A stretch of DNA of 32,000 nt. Source: Paracoccus suum. GTDB lineage: Bacteria; Pseudomonadota; Alphaproteobacteria; Rhodobacterales; Rhodobacteraceae. Under the pieces are notes generated by a model. That model was not told where the DNA came from and ran no database searches. It saw nothing but the letters and a program-made list of their open reading frames with translations. The position numbers and the translations under genes are program-made. Each line of letters opens with the position of its first letter. Position 1 is the stretch's first letter. The stretch spans positions 3,000,001 through 3,032,000 of the forward strand of contig NZ_CP030918.1 in the NCBI RefSeq assembly GCF_003324675.1, read 5' to 3'. Positions 17,598 to 26,742 of the stretch are shown here, in pieces.

Positions 17598-18511
17598 CAG
17601 ATGCGCTCCGACTTCTGGCCAAAGTTGAACAGCCCTTGCGGCCGCAGCAGCAGCACGACGATCACGAAGAGGTAGACAAAAGCATTGCGGAAGGGGCGCA
17701 CTTCGACAGGCAACCCGATCTGGAAAAGCACGCTGATCACGCCAATAAGATAAGCGCTGAGGACCGCGCCCGTCAGGCTGCCGAGGCCGCCCACCACCGT
17801 GGCAACAAACGCCACCAGCAACGTCCCCTCGCCCATCGTCAGGCTGGCCATCCCTGTCTGCGGCAGGGTCAGCAGTGCCGTCACCGCCGCAAGCGCGCCC
17901 GACATCGCAAAGGCGACCAGAATGATCCGGTTCGCGGGCACGCCCAGCATTTGCGCCATCCGAAAATTCTCGGCCGATGCGCGCATGGCGGCGCCAAAGC
18001 GCGTGTTACGCAGGAACAGGCTGAGGGCGGCCAAGATAGCCAGCGTGACGACCACGGTAACGATCTGCAGCAAGGGGATGTTCACGCCCCCTACCTCGAC
18101 CAACCGGGCCAGGCCGGGCCAGAGGTTTATGCCGACCGGACGGCTGCCGTAGATCATCATCAGCAGGTTTTGGAGGCCTGCGCCGAGCGCGAAGGACGCG
18201 ACCATCATGGTCGCAGGCTGCGCGCCGCGCATGTAGCGAAACAGTACGACCTCGGACAGAAGGGCCAGCAAGATGCCGAACAGGAGGACCGTCGCTACAA
18301 GCGCGTAGGTCGGAAGCGCGCCGAGGAAAAGCCGCGATAAGCCCCCCGTGGTCGGCAATACAATCGCATAGGCGCAGAACGCCATATAGATGCCTTGAGC
18401 AAAGTTGACGAGGCGTACAACGCTGAAGATCAGGCCGATGCCCAGAGCGGTCAGCGCGTAAAGGCTGCCCAGGCTGAGGGCATCTATGCCGGACTGAACC
18501 AGACCCACCAT
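17597..18511 (-). CDS. branched-chain-amino-acid-type ABC transporter permease (LivH-like)
   Basis: 304 aa. N-terminus MVGLVQSGIDALSLGSLYALTALGIGLIFSVVRLVNFAQG is the canonical LivH start. 1-nt overlap with the upstream stop. Confidence 0.9.
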   Translation of the reverse strand: MVGLVQSGIDALSLGSLYALTALGIGLIFSVVRLVNFAQGIYMAFCAYAIVLPTTGGLSRLFLGALPTYALVATVLLFGILLALLSEVVLFRYMRGAQPATMMVASFALGAGLQNLLMMIYGSRPVGINLWPGLARLVEVGGVNIPLLQIVTVVVTLAILAALSLFLRNTRFGAAMRASAENFRMAQMLGVPANRIILVAFAMSGALAAVTALLTLPQTGMASLTMGEGTLLVAFVATVVGGLGSLTGAVLSAYLIGVISVLFQIGLPVEVRPFRNAFVYLFVIVVLLLRPQGLFNFGQKSERI

Positions 18512-19254
18512 CAGGCGACCCCCTGCCCCATGCCGAAATAACTTTGTTCTAGCGCCTCGTCCCTCGCGAGGTCTCGCGCGCGCCCATCCCTGACGATGCT
18601 GCCGGTATTGAGCAGTATCAGCCGCGCATCCACGTCGACAGCGCGGGCAAAGCTCTGCTCTGCGATCAGGAACGTCAGTCCGCGTTCTTTGCGCAGGCGC
18701 AGCAGCGTTTCGTAGATTTGTTCGACGATCATGGGCGCCAGTCCCAGCGAAAGCTCATCGATGATCAGCAGGTCTGCCCGGGTCATCAGCGCGCGGCCGA
18801 TCGCCAGCATCTGTTGCTGACCGCCCGAAAGCAGGCCGGCGGAATCACCGAGACGCGGCCTCAGCGCGGGAAAGAGGTCCAGCACCCAGTCGAGGTCCTC
18901 GCGCGCGGCGGCCCTGTCTCGCCGCAAATAGGTGCCCAGCATCAGGTTCTCGACCACCGACAACGCACCGAATATCTCTCGCCCTTCCGGGACCAGGTTC
19001 ACCCCCGCGCCCACGATCCGGTCTGCGGAAAGCCCGGTCAACCTGCGTCCGCGCAGGTGAACGCTGCCCCTTGCCGTCGGAATAACCCCGGCGATGGCCC
19101 TGAGAAGGGTCGATTTTCCAGCTCCGTTCGGGCCAGCGACAAACACCATCTCGCGCTCTTCTAGGCGTAAGGTCGCGTTGCGCACCGCGCTAAGCGGGCC
19201 ATAGCGGACCGTAAGGTCGCTGACCTCCAAGTGGGCGGGAGCGGTCATGCGCAT
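18511..19254 (-). CDS. ABC transporter ATP-binding protein (LivF-like)
   Basis: Walker A GPNGAGKST, signature LSGGQQQM, Walker B LLIIDELSLGLAP. The alternative start ATG 19248 would give an ATGA overlap with the upstream stop. Confidence 0.9.
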   Translation of the reverse strand: MRMTAPAHLEVSDLTVRYGPLSAVRNATLRLEEREMVFVAGPNGAGKSTLLRAIAGVIPTARGSVHLRGRRLTGLSADRIVGAGVNLVPEGREIFGALSVVENLMLGTYLRRDRAAAREDLDWVLDLFPALRPRLGDSAGLLSGGQQQMLAIGRALMTRADLLIIDELSLGLAPMIVEQIYETLLRLRKERGLTFLIAEQSFARAVDVDARLILLNTGSIVRDGRARDLARDEALEQSYFGMGQGVA

Positions 19255-19988
19255 GCCTTTCGTTGATGCGCATCGCCAGAGGTGCCAAGGTATGCCTCGC
19301 GCACGACTTCATCCCGGGCGATCGCGTCCGGCGTGTCCAAGGCGATGATCCGGCCCCTATCGAGGACCGCGATCTCGTCGCAGAGCGAGAGCACCAGTCC
19401 GACCTGATGCTCAACAAGCAGGACAGCGGGCCCCTCGTTCGCGCGGATCGTTCGGATCGTATCGGCGAGGCCCTGCGCCTCTTGCTGCGACATCCCGGCG
19501 GCTGGCTCGTCGAGCAGCAGGAATTTCGGTTGGCACACGGTTGCGCGGGCGATGGCCACGCGACGTTGGTCCGTATAGGGCAGGACCGCGGCAACCTCGT
19601 GCGCCAGCTGTGCGATTCCGGTCTGGTCCAGGACGCGGTCTGCTTCAGTTGCGGCAGCCCGCCGCGAAAGACCCATGCCAATCGCTGCGGCGGCAAGGTT
19701 TTCGGCAACTGTCAGTGTCGCGAAAAGGCGTCCTGCCTGGAACGTGCGGCTGATCCCTGCGTGGCGGAACGCCGCCGGCGGACCGCCGATGGCCCGGCCA
19801 TCAAGGAGGACGCGGCCGGCGCTGGCTTTCTGGAACCCGGTCATCACGTTGATGCAGGTGCTCTTGCCCGCGCCATTGGGGCCGATGAGCCCGAGAATAC
19901 CTGCGGGGCCCATAGTCAACGACACGTCCGTCAGCGCGTTGAGGCCGCCGAAAGACACCCGCACATGTTCCAGCGACAGACTGCCCAT
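19245..19988 (-). CDS. ABC transporter ATP-binding protein (LivG-like)
   Basis: Walker A GPNGAGKST, Walker B LLLDEPAAGM, N-terminal SFGGLNALTDVSL. Starts 4 nt after the hyuB-like stop. Confidence 0.9.
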   Translation of the reverse strand: MGSLSLEHVRVSFGGLNALTDVSLTMGPAGILGLIGPNGAGKSTCINVMTGFQKASAGRVLLDGRAIGGPPAAFRHAGISRTFQAGRLFATLTVAENLAAAAIGMGLSRRAAATEADRVLDQTGIAQLAHEVAAVLPYTDQRRVAIARATVCQPKFLLLDEPAAGMSQQEAQGLADTIRTIRANEGPAVLLVEHQVGLVLSLCDEIAVLDRGRIIALDTPDAIARDEVVREAYLGTSGDAHQRKACA

Positions 19989-19992
19989 GACC

Positions 19993-21984
19993 TCAGGCGT
20001 CCCAGAACGCGACGGTGCGCTTTTCGAACATTTCGCGGAACTGCTGGGTAGATTTCTCCAGCAACTCGCCCGTGCCCCACTCCAGGATCACCGCGTGGCG
20101 CCGCAGCACGTCAAGGACGTCGATCTCGCCCTTGCGAAAATTCTCGGCAACCGTCTCGGGGTTCTCGCGCGCCCAAGCGACACGGTTCTGGCGGATGTAG
20201 TCGCGGGCCTTTCGCGTCGCCGCCTCGTCGATCTCGTATTCCTCCAGGTCCTGATCGACGACTTTCAGGACGACGCCATAATCACGCTCTGCCCGGCGCA
20301 GTGAGACATAGCCGTCGGCGACGTCCTCAAGCACGGCCTGGGCATCACGCTCCAGCACGTCGCCGAAACCGCCGCCCCCTGCTGTGGGACGGCTGAACGC
20401 ATCCCCCCTGGAAACCGGGACGTCAGAGAATGCGGCGCCGAGCCAACTTCCCTCCGTCTCGCCCGCGCGCGTCAGAGTGATGCCGTGCGGACAGGCCGGC
20501 AGACCGCCCTGGATGCCGTAGACCACGGACCGCTCGCGGTCGCAGAAATACGAGATGACGGTATTCTCGACATCCAGCAGTTCGGTCGACTTGACCACCC
20601 CGACCCCACCGCGCCACTTGCCCGGACCGGCGGAATCGACCAGCACCTGGTATTCCGTGGTCAAGATGGGCGATGCACGCTCCTGCCCCTCGGCGGGCTG
20701 GGACTGAAGGCCAGTGCCGAACAGGATCGAGGTCAGGTTCGCGCCGTCTTTGCCATTGCGCGCCCCCCAGCCACCCGGCAGCCAGTCATAATACATGAAG
20801 ATCTGGCGATCGCCGTGGCGGGCGTCTTCACCCCCGGCGAGCATGTATTCATTGTGGAACGTGCAGGCCATTGCGCGTTCGGGCACGATTTCTGACCACA
20901 TGCCCGCAACCGCGTTGACGATCTTGTCGAAGGGCATGACAAAACCTGTCACGGCCACCGGCCACTTGGCGTTCACCACGGTGTCTTCTGGCGCGATCAC
21001 CTCAATGACGCGGTAAAACCCAGAGTTTAGCGGCAGTTCGGGGAAGAAGTACTTCGTCGCCGCCACGCAGGCTGAGAATGTGCCGCCGAAGGCGGAATTA
21101 TAGAGCGACGCGACGCAAGGGTGCGAGCCCGTGAAATCATAGATGATCTTGTCGCCGGTCAGGGTGAGCTTGACCTTGATCGGGATGAGGCCTTCCCCCT
21201 TGCCATGGTCGCGGTCCATGAAATCGACCGTCTCCCACGTGCCCTTCGGCAGCGCGCTCAGCTGCTGCAAGGTTGCGCGCTCGACGTAGTCCTGCACTTG
21301 GGCAAAACCGGCGAGCACCGTGTCCTTGCCGTATTTCTTGACCAACCGATGGATCTCGCGCTCGCCGATGCGGGTCGCCTCGGCCTGGGACTGCATATCG
21401 CCGATAATCGAGACAGGATCGCGTGTCTGCGCCGCGATCAGGTTGGCGACGTCGTCGCAAAAACGGCCGGCATGCCAGACCCGCACCGGTGTGATCCGCA
21501 TTCCCTCGCGGAACATGTCGCGTGCTTTGACGTCGAATGATCCGGGAACCGAGCCACCCATGTCCGTCCAGTGACCGTTAGACTGGGCAAAGGCGATGAC
21601 CTCGCCATCGACGAAAATCGGTCGGATCAGGCGAACGTCGGGAAAGTGTGTCCCCCCCGCGTAGGGATCGTTGATAGCGTAGACATCGCCGTCCTCCATC
21701 CGGCCCTTGAAGACGCGGATCACGTCCTTGCAGGTCAGGTGCAGTGTCCCGACATGGCCGGCGAGGTCCTTGGTCCCCTGCGCGACCGAGTCGCCGTTAG
21801 CGTCGTTCAGCCCGTTCGAGAAGTCGCGGTTGTAGATCACGAAGGAATAGCAGGTCCGCAGGATCTGCTCGGACATCTGGTTGACCGAAGTGATAAAAGC
21901 GTTCTTCAGCACCTCGAAGGTGACCGGATCCAGTTGCCCAGCGGCGGGCGCGGCGGTCGGCGTTGCGTATTCGGAGGTCTTCAT
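19993..21984 (-). CDS. hyuB: hydantoinase B / oxoprolinase family protein (HyuB-type subunit)
   Basis: 663 aa. N-terminus ...LDPVTFEVLKNAFITSVNQMSEQILRTCYSFVIYNRDFSNGL and the block INDPYAGGTHFPDV are hallmarks of Hydantoinase_B. ATGA overlap with hyuA. Confidence 0.9.
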   Translation of the reverse strand: MKTSEYATPTAAPAAGQLDPVTFEVLKNAFITSVNQMSEQILRTCYSFVIYNRDFSNGLNDANGDSVAQGTKDLAGHVGTLHLTCKDVIRVFKGRMEDGDVYAINDPYAGGTHFPDVRLIRPIFVDGEVIAFAQSNGHWTDMGGSVPGSFDVKARDMFREGMRITPVRVWHAGRFCDDVANLIAAQTRDPVSIIGDMQSQAEATRIGEREIHRLVKKYGKDTVLAGFAQVQDYVERATLQQLSALPKGTWETVDFMDRDHGKGEGLIPIKVKLTLTGDKIIYDFTGSHPCVASLYNSAFGGTFSACVAATKYFFPELPLNSGFYRVIEVIAPEDTVVNAKWPVAVTGFVMPFDKIVNAVAGMWSEIVPERAMACTFHNEYMLAGGEDARHGDRQIFMYYDWLPGGWGARNGKDGANLTSILFGTGLQSQPAEGQERASPILTTEYQVLVDSAGPGKWRGGVGVVKSTELLDVENTVISYFCDRERSVVYGIQGGLPACPHGITLTRAGETEGSWLGAAFSDVPVSRGDAFSRPTAGGGGFGDVLERDAQAVLEDVADGYVSLRRAERDYGVVLKVVDQDLEEYEIDEAATRKARDYIRQNRVAWARENPETVAENFRKGEIDVLDVLRRHAVILEWGTGELLEKSTQQFREMFEKRTVAFWDA

Positions 21985-24014
21985 GCCTGGCCCTCGAAAC
22001 GGATAACAATGTTCCGGAAGCGGTCGATCTCGGCCGTAGTGGCCGGAGGGACCACGGTAGTTGAGTCGAACTGCTCGATGATGGCTGGCCCCACGATCAA
22101 GGCGCCGGCGTTCAGCGCCTCGCGCTGATAGACGGGCGTGTCATTGTGCGCCTTCCCCTTGAACCAGACGGGACGGCGCGCAATCGGCTCGGGCGTGTTG
22201 GCGACCGGCTCATGTTCGATTACCGAGGCTTTAGGTACAACGCCAATGGCGGTCAGGTTCACCCGGTGAATGCTGACCACAGCCTCGTCACGACGGAAGT
22301 TATATTCCTGCTCATGCAGAGCGTGAAAGCTAGCCTCCAGCTCGCTCATGGGCGGCAGGCTTGCCCCCACGGGCACCGTCAGCGAACGCCACTGGCCGCG
22401 GTACATCATGTCGATGCTGCGCTCGAGCACGACGTTTTCCGGTGCGACACCCTCATCCTTCAGCAGCGCCCAGGCGTCCGCCTCCAGCTTTGCGAACAGC
22501 TCCGCGACGATTGCGGGGTCCGTCTCGCGCAGCGGCGATATCAGTGTTTGGCTGAGGTCGTGCTGAATATCGACCAGCAGGCATCCCATGGCTGAGGTGA
22601 CACCCGGGTTAGGCGGCACGATCACGACCGGCACTGCCAGTTCGCGCGCGATCTCGACACCGTGGAGCGCGCCGGCGCCACCAAAAGCGACCAGAGCAAA
22701 ATCCCGGGGATCATGGCCACGGGTGATCGACAGCAGTCGCACCGCATCGGCCATGTTGGCATTCGCCACCTGCACGATGGCCTCCGCCGCCTCGTGCAAT
22801 TCCATGCCCAGCGGCTCGGCAATTCCTTCGCGAACCGCGGTCTCAGCCAGGGCGGGGTCCAGCGTCAGCCTGCCTCCGGCCAAGCTGGTGCCCTGCCGTC
22901 CCAGAACCAGATTTGCGTCCGTGTTCGTGGGGATCGTATTGCCGTTGCCATAACAGGCCGGCCCGGGGTTCGAGCCTGCCGATTGCGGACCGTTGCGCAA
23001 CGATCCCGCGGGATCGATCCAGGCATGCGAGCCGCCGCCAGCGCCAATGGTGCGCAACTCGATCGCAGGAAACCGGATCGGATAGCCGAATTCGATGAAC
23101 CAGTCCTTGGTGACCGTCGACTTACCGTCCACGGCCAGCGAGACGTCACAGCTGGTGCCGCCCATGTCGAGGCTGATCGAGTTCGGGAAACCGCACTGCA
23201 CTGCAATGTGCCGACCGGCGATGGCACCGGCCGCGATACCCGATCCAGCCAAGCGCGCTGCGTAGTGCCGCGCCGCGTTCGCGGTCATCGAGCCGCCGCC
23301 GGAATGGAGCAGCAGCAACTCGCGCGAATACCCCTCGTCTCGAAGCCGCCCGTCGAGCTTGGCGCAGTAATCGCCCGCGACCGGGCTCAGCGCGGCATTG
23401 ACGACAGTCGTCGAGAACCGTTCATGCTCGAAAATCTCGGGGAGCGTCTCCGACGATGTCGCGACGGGCACATCGTCGAGCTCCTCGACCAGGATTTCCT
23501 TCATGCGGCGTTCGTTGGCAGGGTTCAGATAGGCGTTGATGAAGCAGACCGCCACTGCCTTGACGTCGCGCTTTTTCAGAATGCGGGCAATTTCGCGTGC
23601 CCGGGCCTCATCCAAGGGGGTGACAATTTTACCCGATCCGTCCACGCGCTCGGGCACATCCAGACGGTCCCGGCGCGGGATGTAGGGCGGCGCGACGTCT
23701 TTGTAGGTATCCCAAAGATCCTCCTTGTCCGACCGACGTATTTCAATGACATCGCGAAAACCTTGTGTGGTCACCAACGCCGTCCGCGGCAGGCGACGAG
23801 TAATCAGCGCGTTGGTCGCAATCGTGGTGCCATGGGAAAGCAGGGCGACATCGCGCAGGTCCACATTTCCGCGCGCAAGGCCCGCCATGAAGCCGTCAAT
23901 GGGATCCGGCGTTGTGGGGACTTTGGTTACCCTGATCGAGTTGTCGGCCGCGTCCATGATGCAGACATCGGTAAAGGTTCCCCCGATGTCGATCGCAACC
24001 CTGAGTTCCGCCAT
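21981..24014 (-). CDS. hyuA: hydantoinase/oxoprolinase family protein (HyuA-type, ATP-binding subunit)
   Basis: 677 aa. N-terminus MAELRVAIDIGGTFTDVCI (actin-like ATPase phosphate-1 motif) and SLDMGGTSCDVSL. SD GGGGGA upstream of ATG 24014. Confidence 0.9.
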   Translation of the reverse strand: MAELRVAIDIGGTFTDVCIMDAADNSIRVTKVPTTPDPIDGFMAGLARGNVDLRDVALLSHGTTIATNALITRRLPRTALVTTQGFRDVIEIRRSDKEDLWDTYKDVAPPYIPRRDRLDVPERVDGSGKIVTPLDEARAREIARILKKRDVKAVAVCFINAYLNPANERRMKEILVEELDDVPVATSSETLPEIFEHERFSTTVVNAALSPVAGDYCAKLDGRLRDEGYSRELLLLHSGGGSMTANAARHYAARLAGSGIAAGAIAGRHIAVQCGFPNSISLDMGGTSCDVSLAVDGKSTVTKDWFIEFGYPIRFPAIELRTIGAGGGSHAWIDPAGSLRNGPQSAGSNPGPACYGNGNTIPTNTDANLVLGRQGTSLAGGRLTLDPALAETAVREGIAEPLGMELHEAAEAIVQVANANMADAVRLLSITRGHDPRDFALVAFGGAGALHGVEIARELAVPVVIVPPNPGVTSAMGCLLVDIQHDLSQTLISPLRETDPAIVAELFAKLEADAWALLKDEGVAPENVVLERSIDMMYRGQWRSLTVPVGASLPPMSELEASFHALHEQEYNFRRDEAVVSIHRVNLTAIGVVPKASVIEHEPVANTPEPIARRPVWFKGKAHNDTPVYQREALNAGALIVGPAIIEQFDSTTVVPPATTAEIDRFRNIVIRFEGQA

Positions 24015-24043
24015 ACAGTCCCCCTACCTCGCCTTTGCGGGCA

Positions 24044-24053
24044 ACTCGCGAGT
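24044..24053. promoter_or_regulatory. perfect 10-bp palindrome in the hyuA/araC-type divergent control region
   Basis: ACTCGCGAGT at 24044-24053, 30-39 nt upstream of the hyuA start codon. It is flanked by two TTTGCG hexamers (24034-24039 and 24058-24063). Confidence 0.3.
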
Positions 24054-24174
24054 CATGTTTTGCGACTGACCGCGCCCTGTTCGCTCCCGTGTGACGAATC
24101 GGTAACCGCGATTTCGGTGGCAGCTCTTGACCATATGCGCCATATTTTTGTCATTTCATGCCATGAGAGAGCCT

Positions 24175-25212
24175 ATGACTGACTTGCCCCCCGTCCCGAA
24201 GGTCAGATCCTACGTCCTCGCCCCCTATGTCGAGGCCCTCTCAGCTGCGGGAAAAAGCCTGGAGCCGACCCTGCGGCGATACGGAATAGAGCCGGAAATC
24301 GTGCACCAAATCGACGAATTGATCCCGCTGGAAAATTTCCTGGCGATTACGGAGATCGCTTCCCAATTGGCCGATGATAATCACCTCGGCTTGCGACTCG
24401 GTGCGAATCTTCCTTCTCAGCAACTTGGTGCCCAGGGAGTCATCATTCGTAGCGGCAAGAACCTGGGTGTCGCACTGGCCAGCTATGCAAACTGGGCCAC
24501 GGCATTACAGGAAGCGACGCAATTTCTGTTTACACGTCAACGCCATGATGCCCGATTCATTTACCGCCTCGGCATTCGCGGCCCATACGGCGAGCGACAG
24601 GATATCGAGTTCACGCTGGGCAATCTGTTTAACCTCATTCGCGCCCGGATGGGCCAGTCATGGCGCCCGACAGAAATGCATTTCGAACATTCTGCCCCGA
24701 CCGGCCCCCGGCAACACGAGCGAGTCTTCGGTTGCCCCGTCTATTTCGATCGTCCGGTCAACATGCTGGTCTTGCCGCTGTCGGACCTGGAAAAGGAGGG
24801 CATGTCGGGGACATCCTGGCGTGAAAGGGCGATGATCCCACTGCTGCAAGAGCATGTAGCGAAGCTGACGCTGAGCGCAGAGAATCACGACAGCCTCGCC
24901 CGCAGGATTGCAATGACGGTCGATCAGTCCTTGGGGCGCGAACGCATGACCCTCGTCGCCGTGGCCGACAAGCTGAACATGTCGGTCCGAACGCTGCAGC
25001 GCCGGCTGGAGGCCGAAGGAACGACCTTCAGAGAAGTGCTCGGCGCCGAGCGTCAGCGCGTCGCTGAGGGGGTCCTGCGAAACCGCGAAACAGGCCGGGT
25101 TCTAAGCGCCGCGATCCGCGCGGGCTATTCAGATGCCTCATCGCTGAGCCGCGCCTACAAGCGCCGGACAGGGAAAAAACCAAGCAAATACAGTAGGGGG
25201 TGGGAAAGCTGA
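24175..25212 (+). CDS. AraC family transcriptional regulator (N-terminal arabinose-binding-like domain plus C-terminal HTH)
   Basis: The C-terminal AraC HTH region includes VADKLNMSVRTLQRRLEAEGTTFREVL...GYSDASSLSRAYKRRTGKKPS. Start ATG 24175 was chosen because GAGAGAG lies just upstream. In-frame alternatives are 24163 and 24127. Confidence 0.85.
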   Translation: MTDLPPVPKVRSYVLAPYVEALSAAGKSLEPTLRRYGIEPEIVHQIDELIPLENFLAITEIASQLADDNHLGLRLGANLPSQQLGAQGVIIRSGKNLGVALASYANWATALQEATQFLFTRQRHDARFIYRLGIRGPYGERQDIEFTLGNLFNLIRARMGQSWRPTEMHFEHSAPTGPRQHERVFGCPVYFDRPVNMLVLPLSDLEKEGMSGTSWRERAMIPLLQEHVAKLTLSAENHDSLARRIAMTVDQSLGRERMTLVAVADKLNMSVRTLQRRLEAEGTTFREVLGAERQRVAEGVLRNRETGRVLSAAIRAGYSDASSLSRAYKRRTGKKPSKYSRGWES

Positions 25213-25261
25213 TCACCCGCCTGTGGCGGGGTTGGCCTTACGCCTTCTCCGTCTCCCGAAC

Positions 25262-25978
25262 CTAACGCGCCTCTGCCTGCAGGTCATCACCGATGGCCAT
25301 CTTGATCGCCGCCTGGCAATGCAGTTCGGTGGTATCGAACACGGGAATATCTGTGTCCGTCGCGCTGACCAGCAGCGGGATCTCGGTGCAACCCAAGACC
25401 ACGCCCTGGCTGCCGGACTGCTGCATGCGCTCCATCACCTCGATATAGCCGCGGCGCGTGTTGTCGAGGAAAACGTTCTTGACCAGTTCCTCGTAGATCT
25501 TGTCGTTGATATAGGTGCGGTCTGCGTCATTCGGGATCATCGTCTCGATGCCGTATTCCGCCAGTTTGTCCGCATAGAACGGGCTTTCCATCGTCTTGCG
25601 GATGCCCAGCAGGCCCAGCCGGTCGAGGCCGAGGCGACGCGCCTCAAGGGCACTTGCCTCGGCGATGTGCAGGATCGGAATGCCGACCTCGGCCTCGATC
25701 CGCGAGACGAAGCGGTGGGCGTTGTTGCAGCAGATGATCAGGAAATCCGCCCCGCCGTCAGCAACGCGGCGGGCGGCCTCGATCACGACGTCCCCGGCCG
25801 CATCCTCGTCGCCCTTTTCCAGATAAGCGGCTGTGTAATCGGCCCGGTTGACGCTGGCGAGGACCAGCTTGGCCGAGGCCGAGCCGCCGAGCCGTTCGTT
25901 CGCGATCTCGTTCAGGCGACGGTAGTATTGCGCGGTGGACACCCAAGTCAGTCCGCCGATCATGCCGATGGTTTTCAT
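25262..25978 (-). CDS. aspartate/glutamate racemase family protein (YgeA/RacX-like broad-specificity amino-acid racemase)
   Basis: 238 aa. MKTIGMIGGLTWVSTAQYYRRLNE..., first catalytic-Cys block LIICCNNAH, second block VVLGCTEIPLL. Close overall resemblance to E. coli YgeA as I remember it. Confidence 0.85.
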   Translation of the reverse strand: MKTIGMIGGLTWVSTAQYYRRLNEIANERLGGSASAKLVLASVNRADYTAAYLEKGDEDAAGDVVIEAARRVADGGADFLIICCNNAHRFVSRIEAEVGIPILHIAEASALEARRLGLDRLGLLGIRKTMESPFYADKLAEYGIETMIPNDADRTYINDKIYEELVKNVFLDNTRRGYIEVMERMQQSGSQGVVLGCTEIPLLVSATDTDIPVFDTTELHCQAAIKMAIGDDLQAEAR

Positions 25979-26013
25979 GATGCTATCCTCGCCATGGTTT
26001 TCACGATGGGCCG

Positions 26014-26742
26014 TCAGTGACCGCGGCCCAGGAATTGTTGCAGCTCGGGCGTTTGCGGTGCGCCGAACACCTGCTCGGGCGGCCCCTGTTCGTGGATGCG
26101 GCCGTCATGCATGAAAATGACGCGCGTGCAGACGTCGCGGGCAAAGCGCATCTCGTGGGTGACCATGACGAGCGTCATGCCCTCGGCCGCCAGTTCCTTG
26201 ACCACGCTCAGCACCTCGCCCACCAGCTCGGGGTCGAGCGCGGAGGTGATCTCGTCGCAGAGCAGCGCCAGGGGTTGCATGGCCAGCGCCCGAGAAATCG
26301 CCACGCGCTGCTGCTGGCCGCCCGACAGCTTGTCAGGATAGGCATCGAACCGCTCGCCAAGACCGACACGCTCGAGCATCGCCTGCGCCACCTCGCGGGC
26401 CTCGCGGTCGCCGATCTTCTTGACCACTTTCTGGGCCAGCATCACGTTGCGGCCGGCCGTCAGGTGCGGGAACAGGTTGAACTGCTGAAAGATCATTCCG
26501 ACCTTCAACCGCAGCGCACGCAGGCTCGCCTCGTCGCTGGCAAGCTTCGTGCCCGCGACGGAGATCGAGCCACCGCTGATCACTTCGAGCCCGTTGATGC
26601 AGCGGAGCAGCGTGGTCTTGCCAGAGCCGCTCTTGCCGATGATCGCCACGACCTCGCCAGGCTCGATCGCGAGATCGATGCCTTTCAACACCTCGACCGC
26701 GCCAAAGCTCTTGCGGACGTTTTCAATTTCGATGAGGGGCAT
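26014..26742 (-). CDS. polar amino acid ABC transporter ATP-binding protein (GlnQ/HisP-like)
   Basis: Start MPLIEIENVRKSFG at ATG 26742, preceded by AGGAGG. Walker A GKSGSGKTT, signature LSGGQQQRVAI, Walker B LLCDEITSALDPE. Confidence 0.92.
   Translation of the reverse strand: MPLIEIENVRKSFGAVEVLKGIDLAIEPGEVVAIIGKSGSGKTTLLRCINGLEVISGGSISVAGTKLASDEASLRALRLKVGMIFQQFNLFPHLTAGRNVMLAQKVVKKIGDREAREVAQAMLERVGLGERFDAYPDKLSGGQQQRVAISRALAMQPLALLCDEITSALDPELVGEVLSVVKELAAEGMTLVMVTHEMRFARDVCTRVIFMHDGRIHEQGPPEQVFGAPQTPELQQFLGRGH

Noticed and set aside
22662-24182. 506-aa plus-strand ORF opposite hyuA, plus similar shadows at 19263..20051, 19675..20304 and 21571..22128.
   Set aside because: The same reasoning applies. 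The composition is dominated by Arg/Gly/Ala/Asp, there is no SD or start context, and they fully overlap genes with strong family signatures.
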